Shown: piece after piece, positions 1 to 10,500 of the stretch
Numbering within the stretch: the stretch's first letter is position 1
How the letters are laid out: every line of letters starts with the position of its first letter
Notes under the pieces: generated by a model
What the model was told of the DNA's origin: nothing
The model's input: only the letters and a program-made list of their open reading frames with translations
Databases searched by the model: none
Source: a virus
Taxonomy: Duplodnaviria > Caudoviricetes
Virus record (IMG/VR): IMGVR_UViG_3300030107_005542
Coordinates: 1-26,723 of that record
Reading direction: 5' to 3' (one strand)
DNA length: 26,723 bases
Program-made: the position numbers and the translations under genes

Positions 1-3000
1 CTGTTCTTCTGTAACTTCAGTAGTTGGTTGTGTTGTATCAGAAACAACATCAGAATTAATATCATCCATTAATTCTTGTAACTCTGTAAATACACTTCTT
101 TCAGATTCTCCTGTAAGTTTTTTGGTTAAATCCCAAGCAAAGTTTTCAGTAAAGTTTTCTTCAACTGAACCTGCACTACTTTTTACTGTACCTTCTTCTA
201 ATCTCTTTACATAATCAGCTTTTTCTTTAGTATTTTCTACAATTTGTTTTTGAGCATCTGTTAAATCATTTTGCCAAACTTTATGGCCTAACTCATGAGC
301 TAAAACATGATTTATTCTTGATTTAGTATCTCCTGGAAAATCTTTTGATTTTTCTTTAAAAAAGTTTATTAAACCTTTAGAAAGATCTATACCCCAAGCA
401 TATGTTTTATTATTTTTAGAATGAGATAAAGCAGCTCCGTGCCCATCACTATCACTAGTTTCTATATAAGAAATTCCTCTTGCAACAAGAGCTTCCCAAA
501 TAACTTGATCTGCAAGCTTAAGTATTTCTATAGGAGCATCAGGAGCAATCATTATCCCCTGTACTTCTACATAACCTGCTTCTTTTTGAGCTTCTTTTAA
601 TGATTTTCCTTTTAATAATGCTTTAGCAATTATTAATTTTCTTTCTTTTTTAGTTAAAGTATTAGGTTTAATTTTATCTAATAAAGTTTGTCTTTCTTCT
701 TCAGCTTTTAACTTATCTGTAAGAGAGTCTTCTTTTTTAGCATCAAGATTTTCTTGAAGTTTCTTTTCAATATTTTCTATTTCTTTTTTAACCTCTTGAA
801 TACTGTCTTTAATATTTACAGGATCTACTTCAATATCAGGCCCCATAGTTTCATAATTCTCTAAAACTGCTTTTCTTAATTCTATTAATTGATTAGGAGA
901 ATAAGCAAAAGCTTGAGGAAGCCATCCTATAAAAGTTTCTTCTTTTGTTTTAGGATTAATATGAAACATATCTATTCTCATATTATCAGAATTAATTCCT
1001 GATCTATTATTATATTCACTGTCTTGTCTTACTAATTTAACTCTATGATTTCCTGATTCTAAATCTTTGTTATTTAAAAAAGCCCAAGAATTTACAAAAT
1101 CATTATCAATAGGATAATTCTCTTTTTGATCTTTTTTATTAACAAATACTTTGTGTTTAGCAGTAGCTTTTCCTTCAGAATCTTTTTGAGTTGTCCAAAC
1201 AGATTTTGTTCCTATTATTTCTCCTTCTATATTTTTTATAGGTCTTTCTTCTTTTATAAGGGACTTATCATAAGTAGAAGCTATAGTATGAGCTTCCGTA
1301 TTTCTTTTTGGAGCTTCTTTTATAATATCTTCTACCTCTCCTTCTGTGTCAAAAGTACCCCCAGAAGGAACTGCATTTCCTAATTGATTTGCTTTATCAG
1401 CTTTAAAGTTATTTGCAATATCTATTTCATTTTGTTTAACTTCATCTATAATATTTTGAAACTCTTCAAGTAAAGGGCCCATAATATTACCGTCTTTATC
1501 TCTTAATTGAATTTCTTTAGCTGTAGTAGTACCCTCTACAGGTATACCTCTTTCTTCAAGTCTATTTTTAATTTCCACTAATAATCCAGGAAATCTTTCT
1601 AATACTTGTATTACTTTAGACTGCTTACTTACATTATCATATTTTTTATCAGCTTCTATTTTTTCATATTCCTTTACTCCATTGACAATGTCTTCTTCTA
1701 TTTTTTTATCACTCATAGAAGAATTACCAAAAATAGATTTTTCATCTTCTTGGGTATTTGCTGTTTTTGCGTTTCTTCTGTTATCTAAATTTTTATTTAT
1801 AATATCTTTTGCATGTTTCTTTTTACTTTCATTAGATGCGTTTTTGAAACCCATATTAAGTTTAACAAAAGCTTCTATTCCTTTAGGAGTAAATAATTTT
1901 TGATACATTTTAGATGCTTCTGCTCTTTGTTCTTTTAATTTTAAAATATCATCTATCAAAGGTTCTACTTCTACTATAGTATCATTATAAGTATTAGGAT
2001 TATTTTCTTTCCATTCTTTTAATATAGCTGCTTTTACTTCTTTTTTACGATTATTAAATTGTACAGGATTATTTCTAATTTCAGGATTAATATTTACAAT
2101 TTGAGTTACTAATTCATTTAAAGCTGCAATATTTAATCCAGAAACTCCTTGAGGATCTACTCTACTAATAATATCTTGTATTTGTTGTGTAAGTTCTTTT
2201 TCTCTTTTAACAGAGTTTTGAACTTTAGCTTTTAAATAAGCCATTTGATCTACTATATTCTCTCTTATCTCATATAAATCTACTGCAGAAAGTTTAGATT
2301 TTTTACCTCTAAATTCTTGCCAAGCTTTACTAATAGCTTTTGGTATTAAACCAAGATCTTGTTTTCTATTAATTAATAATTGTGTATCATCTATAGCTTT
2401 AAGTATATTCATAGAATTTACTCTAGCAGATTTTAAAACTTCTGCTTTAGTTTCTTCTGTATATTCATCTAATCCTTTAGTACCAAATACTTCATTAAAT
2501 TTATCAATAGGCATTTTTTCTAAAGCATCTAATTCTTGTAATACAGAACTACCTAATCCTAATTTACTTCTTGATTTTATAAAACTAAATATAGAATCAA
2601 ACTCTGCATTTTTATATTCATATATATTTCCTTGATTTGCAGCAACATCCATTTTTCTCATAGATTGTATATGAGACATATGATTTTTAAAATTTTCTTT
2701 TAATATAGGATTAAAAGTAATTTCAGAATTATTTAATGTTTCTGCTGTTTTTCTTGCTTTAGCAATATTTTCTCTATATTCTTTTATTGATTGACGAGCT
2801 CCTCCAAAGCCTGTTCCTCTTAAAGAAAGCTTAGTTTTACCTGTATTAGGATCAGTTTTAAAAGGTAAACGTATACCTAATAAACCCATTAAAAATCCTA
2901 TACTTACAGAATCTCTTCCTTCTACAGAATTAAGATAAGTAGTAGATTTTTTAGCAATAGAATCTATTAAACCTAAAGCATTTCTATTAGTATCATCACT

Positions 3001-4533
3001 ATAATTAGAAGCAAAATAATCTACAAGTCCATTTTCTATTACTCCTTGACCAAATTCTTCAAAACCTTCTGCAAATCCTTTTGCTAGACCAGCTTTAGCG
3101 TAACCTAAAGTTTTAAGCCATTTATTAGCATCTACATTAGATATAAATTTTCCGTCTTTAATTCTAGTGCCTGATAATTTTAAATTATCTAATTTACCTC
3201 TAGCTGAAGAAACTGTTTTATAATTTCTTCTAAATACTGAAGGAAATTGTATAAAATTAGATCCTGCTACTAAAGGAATATTCATAAAAAATCCTTGGAC
3301 TCCTGCACTATCTGCTAACTCTCTATAACGAATAATTTCTGCTTGTGTAGGGGGTCTGCCTTCTCTTGCTTCATGATCACTTAATAATTTTTCATAAGTA
3401 CTTTCTGTAATATCTCTTGCAATTAATCCAGATTCATAAGCAGAAGAACGATATGCTGAACTTAATGTTCCTAATCCTTTACGATATGTATTAGTAAGTC
3501 TTTCTATATTAGCTGCAGCAGCCCCAGGGACATCGTCTATTCCTCTAATTATGCGATTTGCTTTACCAAATTTATTTATTCTATTTCCCCATTTAGAAAA
3601 TTGATTAGTTATTCTAGCAGTATTTGCTGCTAATACTGGAGCGGCTGCTCCTAAACTACCTAATGTAAGACTTGCAGCTATAGTTTCTGTAAGTACTGCT
3701 CCAGCTACCATAGCTGCTGCTGGTACAATATCTTGATTTAAAGATTTTAAAGGATCAGAACCTAAACGAAAAATAAAATCTTTTTTATAAAAATCTCCGA
3801 TTCCTGTATCTGGATTTATTTTAAAATCCCAAACATTTGATCCTCCATAAATAACTGTTTGTTTATTTATTCCTTCTTCTGCCCATTCTAAAGCATCAAA
3901 AACTACATTATCAAAAAGTTTACTAAGATCAAATCCATTAGCTACCATTGACCCTAATCCATAAGTAGTTCCTACAAGACCTCCTAATACATTAGTAGCT
4001 AATAATCCTGCAGCTTTTAAAATAGTATTACTTGTTTCTGCAAAAATCCCTTGAGCTTCATCTAAATCATCTATAAATTTTTTAACTCTTAATGGGTATT
4101 GTTTTTCTTTAAACTTTAATAAATCTACAGCTTCATCCATAAAAGTAAACCCTACAGTATCATCAAAAAGATTTACTAAATGTTCTCCATTATCAGATAT
4201 AAATTTTTCACGTTCAGCAGCATCAGGAATTCCTACAGCAAGATCTACAGGAGCAAACACTTGATTAACTAATTCTGAAGTATACCCACTTGGACTTCCT
4301 TTAATTACTGAAGTACCTCCTGCTCCTCTAGCAATATTAGTAGACACAGCTTCTCCTAAAGAAGTAGGCTCTTTATATTCTAAAGCTTTAGGAGTAGGTT
4401 TAGAAAACATTATGTCTATATCATCTTGTTTTCTTATTTCTTTTTCTCCATTTTCTTCTACAATAGGAGCAGTTTCTATTCCTTTAACTTTTACTTCTTT
4501 AGAATCATCTAAATAATTTTCTTCCGTTGCCAT
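1..4533 (-). CDS. Giant virion cargo/ejection protein (>1511 aa, 3' end outside window) of the crAss-like giant-protein block; N-terminal hydrophobic segments and a zincin-like metallopeptidase motif
   Basis: ATG at 4533 (cat 4531-4533), 20 bp after the upstream stop. Manual translation MATEENYLDDSKEVKVKG... found no stop in the parts read, and the frame is in register to base 1. Hydrophobic runs at ~3937-4023, ~3625-3729 and ~2860-2907; EGFEEFGQ at 3069-3046; HELGH at 297-283. Not in the ORF track because there is no stop codon in the window. Confidence 0.8.
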   Translation of the reverse strand, partial: MATEENYLDDSKEVKVKGIETAPIVEENGEKEIRKQDDIDIMFSKPTPKALEYKEPTSLGEAVSTNIARGAGGTSVIKGSPSGYTSELVNQVFAPVDLAVGIPDAAEREKFISDNGEHLVNLFDDTVGFTFMDEAVDLLKFKEKQYPLRVKKFIDDLDEAQGIFAETSNTILKAAGLLATNVLGGLVGTTYGLGSMVANGFDLSKLFDNVVFDALEWAEEGINKQTVIYGGSNVWDFKINPDTGIGDFYKKDFIFRLGSDPLKSLNQDIVPAAAMVAGAVLTETIAASLTLGSLGAAAPVLAANTARITNQFSKWGNRINKFGKANRIIRGIDDVPGAAAANIERLTNTYRKGLGTLSSAYRSSAYESGLIARDITESTYEKLLSDHEAREGRPPTQAEIIRYRELADSAGVQGFFMNIPLVAGSNFIQFPSVFRRNYKTVSSARGKLDNLKLSGTRIKDGKFISNVDANKWLKTLGYAKAGLAKGFAEGFEEFGQGVIENGLVDYFASNYSDDTNRNALGLIDSIAKKSTTYLNSVEGRDSVSIGFLMGLLGIRLPFKTDPNTGKTKLSLRGTGFGGARQSIKEYRENIAKARKTAETLNNSEITFNPILKENFKNHMSHIQSMRKMDVAANQGNIYEYKNAEFDSIFSFIKSRSKLGLGSSVLQELDALEKMPIDKFNEVFGTKGLDEYTEETKAEVLKSARVNSMNILKAIDDTQLLINRKQDLGLIPKAISKAWQEFRGKKSKLSAVDLYEIRENIVDQMAYLKAKVQNSVKREKELTQQIQDIISRVDPQGVSGLNIAALNELVTQIVNINPEIRNNPVQFNNRKKEVKAAILKEWKENNPNTYNDTIVEVEPLIDDILKLKEQRAEASKMYQKLFTPKGIEAFVKLNMGFKNASNESKKKHAKDIINKNLDNRRNAKTANTQEDEKSIFGNSSMSDKKIEEDIVNGVKEYEKIEADKKYDNVSKQSKVIQVLERFPGLLVEIKNRLEERGIPVEGTTTAKEIQLRDKDGNIMGPLLEEFQNIIDEVKQNEIDIANNFKADKANQLGNAVPSGGTFDTEGEVEDIIKEAPKRNTEAHTIASTYDKSLIKEERPIKNIEGEIIGTKSVWTTQKDSEGKATAKHKVFVNKKDQKENYPIDNDFVNSWAFLNNKDLESGNHRVKLVRQDSEYNNRSGINSDNMRIDMFHINPKTKEETFIGWLPQAFAYSPNQLIELRKAVLENYETMGPDIEVDPVNIKDSIQEVKKEIENIEKKLQENLDAKKEDSLTDKLKAEEERQTLLDKIKPNTLTKKERKLIIAKALLKGKSLKEAQKEAGYVEVQGIMIAPDAPIEILKLADQVIWEALVARGISYIETSDSDGHGAALSHSKNNKTYAWGIDLSKGLINFFKEKSKDFPGDTKSRINHVLAHELGHKVWQNDLTDAQKQIVENTKEKADYVKRLEEGTVKSSAGSVEENFTENFAWDLTKKLTGESERSVFTELQELMDDINSDVVSDTTQPTTEVTEEQ
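136..300 (-). other. Zincin-like metallopeptidase motif region within the giant protein
   Basis: Translation reads AHELGHKVW (300-274), then EENFTENFA (162-136) about 40 codons later: an HExxH motif plus a downstream Glu-containing helix. Confidence 0.7.
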
Positions 4534-4553
4534 TTTTTAAAAATAAAAATTAA

Positions 4554-7500
4554 TTATCTATTTATTAAAAAAGCAGGAACAATACCAACATTATCTGCTT
4601 TTCTTCCTACACCATAATGTATATTTACTGCTGCCATAGCTTGTGCAGTAGGGATACCAGAAGCTCCTAAAGGAAAGCTTGGTTCATATTTTGTATTTAT
4701 AATTTCACCATCACGGGTTGTTATATTTTTTACATCTACCATAATTCCCATTCCTTTTTCAAAACGATAATCTATAACATACCCTGAACGAGTTCCGTCT
4801 GGATTATTTTTTGTTATTATTGGAGTTTCAGTTATTTTATCATTTTCATTTTCTGTTTGATATATTTGGTTTAATCTAGCATAAGCTTCTAAATACTCTC
4901 TTCTTGTATCATTATCTGAAAGTATATTAATATTAGCCATACTATTTTCAAGCTCTGTTATTCCATTTGTCATTTTATCAATATCATTACTTTTTATATA
5001 TAAATCAACATATTCTTTAAAAGTTTCTTGAGCTTTATCTTTTGGATTATAACTATATCTATCAGAAGCAAGGTATAAAGTTTTAGGGTTATTTCCTTGC
5101 CACTCTTTTACTATATCATTTTCTACATCTGAAATATCTTCCCATTTACCAGGATTAGCTTTAAATACTATTGATTTTAATTGATCAGAGTTTAATGCTC
5201 TTCTATTATACTCTAAAATAATATTATTTCTTCCTTTACTAGTATCTACTCCAACAAAAATAGGCTTATTATAATATTTTTTTAAGTCGTAATTTAAAAA
5301 TTTATCTGGGTCTGCCACATTAGTTGCTACTCCTGTAGTTAAATTATAATTTACTACTTTTCCTGCTTGATCACTTCCTGGATTATGATTTTCAAATGCT
5401 TCTGATATACCTTTAAGATCTCCTTTAAAAAAGGTTTCACTTTTACTATCCATAATAATACCAGGTATTTTACCTACAAGATTATTAGATAAATCTTTTT
5501 TATATTTATTTATCATATCAGATATTAATGGATTTTGATTTAATGAAGCGGTTAATTCATTAGATTCAGGAACACCGCTTCCCACTCTCATTTTATTTAA
5601 TTCTTCATTTAATATCTGATTTTGTACACTAGGGTTTACTACTGTAACAGCATCTCTTACTATAGCTTTATCAGTGGTATAATCATAACGTGGTATACGA
5701 ACAGTTTCTTGTCCTATAATATTTCCTTGTTCATCTTTTATATCTCTAGTTGCAAATTCCCCTGAAAGATTTTTTAACTCTGTTCCTACTTCTTTCATAT
5801 TATCTAGAAAATGATTATATATTTCTTTATATACTACACTTCTATCTGCCCCTTCATCTAATAACTTTCCTAACCATTCTCCTCCTTGTTTATTACTAGC
5901 TTCATCAATTAAATAATCTAAATAATTAAAATTAGCTTGTCTATGTATTTTTGAATTAATAATATCATCATTAAGTATTTGTAACTCAGCCGACATTTTA
6001 CTTTCTTCTTCTTTAGTACCTGAATGATTTTTTAAATTTTGTCTAAGAGTTTGTGCTTCTGTTTCTAAGTCATCAATACGATTATTCCATTTTTCAGACA
6101 TTTTAAAAAGTGAAAAAGCATCTCTGGTATTACTATTTAATAATTTATAAGCATTTTTATCTTCTTGTGATAAGTTTTCATAAGAACTAATAGGACTTCC
6201 GTCTTGTGTATTCTCTCCTGTTATATCATTATTTATAGTATAACCTTCAGATTCTTTATAATTAAAAGCATTATTTAAATCAGTAATTTTTTCTCTATCT
6301 GTATTTCCTCCTGGAAAATAATCTTTATCTGATACTATATCAGAAGAACCAGTTCCCATTCCTTGAACTACTTCACTTGCTCCTGCTTTAACTTCATGAT
6401 CTACAGTAGTAATTTCTAAGTCGTCCTTTAATTTAGTTTTTTCTGTATCATTAAGACTTCCTGATCCTCCTCCAGAAAATGTAACACTGTTCATATCAAA
6501 TATATCTGTACCTGTATAAGCACGATTTTTAAGCTCTCCTGCTCTAGTTGCTTCTATATAACTATTTCTAGCAAAATTAAGAAAGTCATTATTATTAACA
6601 GCATCTTGTTCTGCTTCAAAAAATTCTTTTTGTTTTTGGGTTATACCATCTATATTATTATTAATAGTTTCTATATCTGCAGGATTAGTAACTTGCCCAC
6701 TACTTTTTATATTTTCCCAATATTTTTTATCTGCTTTAAATTGATCTTTTATAGAATTAACTACTTCTAATCCATATCCTTGTGCTCCTCCTTTATCAGG
6801 AGAATAATGATGAGCATTCCAGTAAAAATCATATATTGCTTTTTCTTCTAAATAATTTTGATATCTATCAGAAGTTTTAAGAAATCTTTCTATTTCTCCA
6901 GCTACTTGAGGTAAATCTTTAAATTTATATAAAATATCATCATATCCTGCTGCTTTAACTGCTTGTTCTTTAACTTGTAAAGGAGCATCACTTGCTAATT
7001 TTGCTACTAACTTATTTATTTCTTTATCATAACTATCTCCTCTTAATGTAGTATTAATAGTATTATAAGTTCCGTCTACAGGATTATAATTAAATCCTCC
7101 TTTTTGACCGTATTCATGAAGCATTTTAAATTTCCATTTATTATGCATGTCTTGAGTATATTTATCCCCATCAATACGTTCTTTATCTTCTTCAATAGCT
7201 TTTTTTGTTGCTGCAGTTTGTTGTCTTATTCCAGTTATTTCAGCATCTGTATTATAAACTTCATTTAACTTTTTAAGTCTTCTACTTATTTCTCCATAAT
7301 TCCCTGTTCGTTCTAATTGATCTATAAGAGTATTTTTATATTCATTAAATTCTTTTGTAATAGAAGCCGCTCTTTCTTTATCTTTAGCATCTATAGTTGA
7401 AATATCAAATTTAGCTTTATCTACAGCATCTAAAGTTTGATCAAATCTTTGTTGCATCATTGCTAAAGGTGCTGCAAATGCTTCTAATCCTAAAGGTTTA

Positions 7501-7559
7501 TATTGAAAAGCCACAGGTCTTGACTGAGGCATTATAGTACCAAATTGAAACTTATTCAT
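4554..7559 (-). CDS. Putative virion cargo/internal ejected protein (1001 aa)
   Basis: Long ORF between cargo-type genes downstream of the muzzle gene. Helical N-terminus (YKPLGLEAFAAPLAMMQQRFDQT) resembles crAss-like internal proteins. No catalytic motif recognised. Confidence 0.55.
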   Translation of the reverse strand: MNKFQFGTIMPQSRPVAFQYKPLGLEAFAAPLAMMQQRFDQTLDAVDKAKFDISTIDAKDKERAASITKEFNEYKNTLIDQLERTGNYGEISRRLKKLNEVYNTDAEITGIRQQTAATKKAIEEDKERIDGDKYTQDMHNKWKFKMLHEYGQKGGFNYNPVDGTYNTINTTLRGDSYDKEINKLVAKLASDAPLQVKEQAVKAAGYDDILYKFKDLPQVAGEIERFLKTSDRYQNYLEEKAIYDFYWNAHHYSPDKGGAQGYGLEVVNSIKDQFKADKKYWENIKSSGQVTNPADIETINNNIDGITQKQKEFFEAEQDAVNNNDFLNFARNSYIEATRAGELKNRAYTGTDIFDMNSVTFSGGGSGSLNDTEKTKLKDDLEITTVDHEVKAGASEVVQGMGTGSSDIVSDKDYFPGGNTDREKITDLNNAFNYKESEGYTINNDITGENTQDGSPISSYENLSQEDKNAYKLLNSNTRDAFSLFKMSEKWNNRIDDLETEAQTLRQNLKNHSGTKEEESKMSAELQILNDDIINSKIHRQANFNYLDYLIDEASNKQGGEWLGKLLDEGADRSVVYKEIYNHFLDNMKEVGTELKNLSGEFATRDIKDEQGNIIGQETVRIPRYDYTTDKAIVRDAVTVVNPSVQNQILNEELNKMRVGSGVPESNELTASLNQNPLISDMINKYKKDLSNNLVGKIPGIIMDSKSETFFKGDLKGISEAFENHNPGSDQAGKVVNYNLTTGVATNVADPDKFLNYDLKKYYNKPIFVGVDTSKGRNNIILEYNRRALNSDQLKSIVFKANPGKWEDISDVENDIVKEWQGNNPKTLYLASDRYSYNPKDKAQETFKEYVDLYIKSNDIDKMTNGITELENSMANINILSDNDTRREYLEAYARLNQIYQTENENDKITETPIITKNNPDGTRSGYVIDYRFEKGMGIMVDVKNITTRDGEIINTKYEPSFPLGASGIPTAQAMAAVNIHYGVGRKADNVGIVPAFLINR

Positions 7560-7564
7560 TTTAA

Positions 7565-10500
7565 TTATTTTTTATTCTTTTTTATTTTTCCTCCGTATCT
7601 ACCAAACCAACTCCAAGTATCTTCTACATTATAATCAGGGGCATACATTTGATTATAAAGTTTAGCAAGTTTATTACTTTCATTTGAAGCTCCTATTTGT
7701 CCTAATTGTTTTACACCTTCTAAAAGCATATTAGTTTGAGCAGCAGATGCCATATCACCATATTGTTGTGATCTCATTAAGTTTTGAATATTAGCTAATT
7801 CTCCTTGTCTATTAAGTCCTTTTTCTCTCATATCTACTTGAGTATTCATTCTATTAAATTGATCCATTACATTAGCTATTGATTCAGCTTCTCTATTAGC
7901 TAATGCTTGTCTAGAAGCAAAATAAGCTCCTGGATTACTTCTAAGATCTTTTGTTGCTTTTCTAGCAGCAGCATAACTTCGTTTTACTTTCTTTAATGTT
8001 TCATTAGGATTAAATCTATCAAGAGTTATATCTGATACATTAGGAAGATCTAAAGTAGCAGATTTACCAAAAAGTCCCATAGCTAAATTAGATAGAACAG
8101 GAAGACCTTTTGCTATTTGATCCATTATACTTCTTTTATTTTCAATAGTTTTTGTATTTTCAGGATCTTTTGATTCTAGACGGTTTAATTTTTTATAATC
8201 TTTAATTAATTGTTGTAAGTCTTTATTTTGCTTTTTTAATTCTTCTATTTGTCTTTGTTCTTCAGTTACTAAATCCTTTTCTTCTCCTCCTTCTCCTCCT
8301 TCTTTTGCAGGCATTTCCTGTGCATCAAAAATTTTAGAAGGAGTATATAATTCATTATAATCTACAGTTCCTCCAAAACGAGGATCGTTTAATTTAGTAT
8401 AATCAAAAGATGATTCTGGTGTATCAGAAAATGGATTTAGAAGTAAATTTATGCCTTCTTGCATTTGTTTTTGTTCTTTAGCTAAAGACTTATTTAAATC
8501 TATTTGTTCTTGTGGACTCATATTTATTATATTACCATATACATCTAAAGCTGTTGGAGAAGCTGTTGATAAAAATGCTGATGTAGCATTAGCCATATTA
8601 GGATTGTATTGATGTATATTACCTCCATTTTTTAGGGGTAAAGTAGATGTAGGCCTATAGGGGCCCTTTCTATATTTTTCCCATTCATCTCGAAAAATAC
8701 TAATAGGCTTATCTTTTGTCCCTTCATCTTCATCTAATTTTTGTCTTAAGATATAATCTATATCATATTGATGTAGTTTTTGGCTAGTCATTGCTGGGCT
8801 TATTGTTCCTCTATCCTTTAAGAACATTGGATATAGTTCATCTGTTCTTAATCCTCCTGCCGTATCAGAACTATATCCTGAAGTATCTATTTGAGCCCCT
8901 TGTATAGGCATTCCTTTTTCATCAAACACTTGTAAATGAAGAGGGAAACTATGCAAACTTAATTGAGCTTCTTTATCTAATACAGCACTCCTTTTTTTAA
9001 CATCTCCTTTAGTAAGAGGAACAAAATTTCCTGAATCAGCTTTAATTTCTTTAAACCATTTACCATTTTGTCTTTTATATCTTTTATCATCGTATATATA
9101 TATACCGTCTCCCTTATTTCTCATATGAGAATTAATTTGATGGATATTGCCTCCATACATATTAAAAAAGCCCTTATAATCAATAATATCTTGCTCATCT
9201 CTTGCACGCAGTCTTCTACCTTCTTCACTGTCCAAGTCTATGTTAGCATACTTCATTGCTTCTCTCATCATGTCATCACTATAACCTCTATAACCTACAG
9301 AAGGATCACCTTTTTGTGCATAGAAGTTTACATCACCGCTCCCAGACCTTGCATAATTTTCAAATGCTCTTCTTCTAAAAGCTTCATTTTTTTGAGCTTC
9401 TTCATCACTAAGTATTGATCTATAGTTAGGTCTAGTTGTAGGAGCAAAAGGGATTTCAGGATCAACAGTAGTAGCGTACATCTGATCTAAAGAAGTTACA
9501 TCAGCTTCTGTTAAAGGCCCTTGATATACATTTCTCATATTAGAATCAACTTGATGAATGTTACCTCCAAATTGTTTTTTATCTTTCTTTTTTAATTTTT
9601 CTAAATCTTTTTTAGAAAAAGTACCTGGATTTATATAAACGGTTGAATCTAATTTAATATTCTTTTTTAAATTAGGATTTGCTTCTTTTGCTTTTTTAAC
9701 AAGATTAGGATTGTATTGATGGATATTCCCACCATACTTTGCTATAGGCATTCCCATAGGAGGCATTCCCATAGGTATACCTTGTGGCATACCTTGTTGA
9801 GTCATAGCTTCTTGTGGAGGTTGCATCATAGCATCCATTTGTTGAGGAAATTCTTCTGCTAAGTCTCCTAGTTTTTCTTGAAACTTTGCACTTTCTTTTG
9901 CTTCTTTCATAGCAGTTAATTCTTCATGAGCATTCATAAAAGCTATTAACTCTTGATCTATAGAATTTTGTTTTATTGTATCTCCTTCTCTAGGAAATAA
10001 ATCGTTTTTTCTAAGTACCGCATTAGCAGTTTCAAGTAATGTTTTACCTATATGTTTTTTAAGATTATATTTTTCTGCTATTGCTTTTGTAATTTTCATA
10101 TCTTTTTGTGCAGATACTATAAAACTACTATTACCTGAAGGATCACGAGGATCTGGTATTTTAAGTTCTCCTTCTTCTACAAGATTAGGAGCTCCATTAG
10201 GGCCTATTCCTTGTGGAATCCCTCCTAAAGGATTTTCTTCATGAGTTCCTCCTGCTCTAAATTCATTAACAGGAATTTGATTCATAGTATTTACACCAAA
10301 ACCATCATTGTTAAACATGTTTCCTCCTCCAGCATAGTTATTAAACATATTACCTCCGTAATTAAATGAAGCATTAGTTTCAATATTAGTTTCAACTTCT
10401 TTAGGTTTTACCCATGGAGTTTGTTTTGTATCAAATAAATGTAGATTATCATAACCATATTGACCTGTTTCAAGGTTTTTTAATATTTGAGACTTTTGAT

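Noticed and set aside
1126-1903. Plus-strand ORFs 1126..1383, 1606..1788 and 1682..1903
   Set aside because: Phe/Ile/Ser-rich antisense shadows of the Lys/Glu-rich giant minus-strand ORF (1..4533).
1-4533. Calling the giant protein the virion RNA polymerase
   Set aside because: No DxDxD catalytic motif was seen in the portion I translated. The polymerase domain may lie beyond the left edge or in another gene.
8588-9739. GGNIHQ repeats as a CRISPR array or DGR template/variable repeat pair
   Set aside because: Repeats are in frame, synonymously diverged and irregularly spaced by 130-480 bp. No cas or reverse transcriptase gene and no adenine-specific mismatch pattern is visible.
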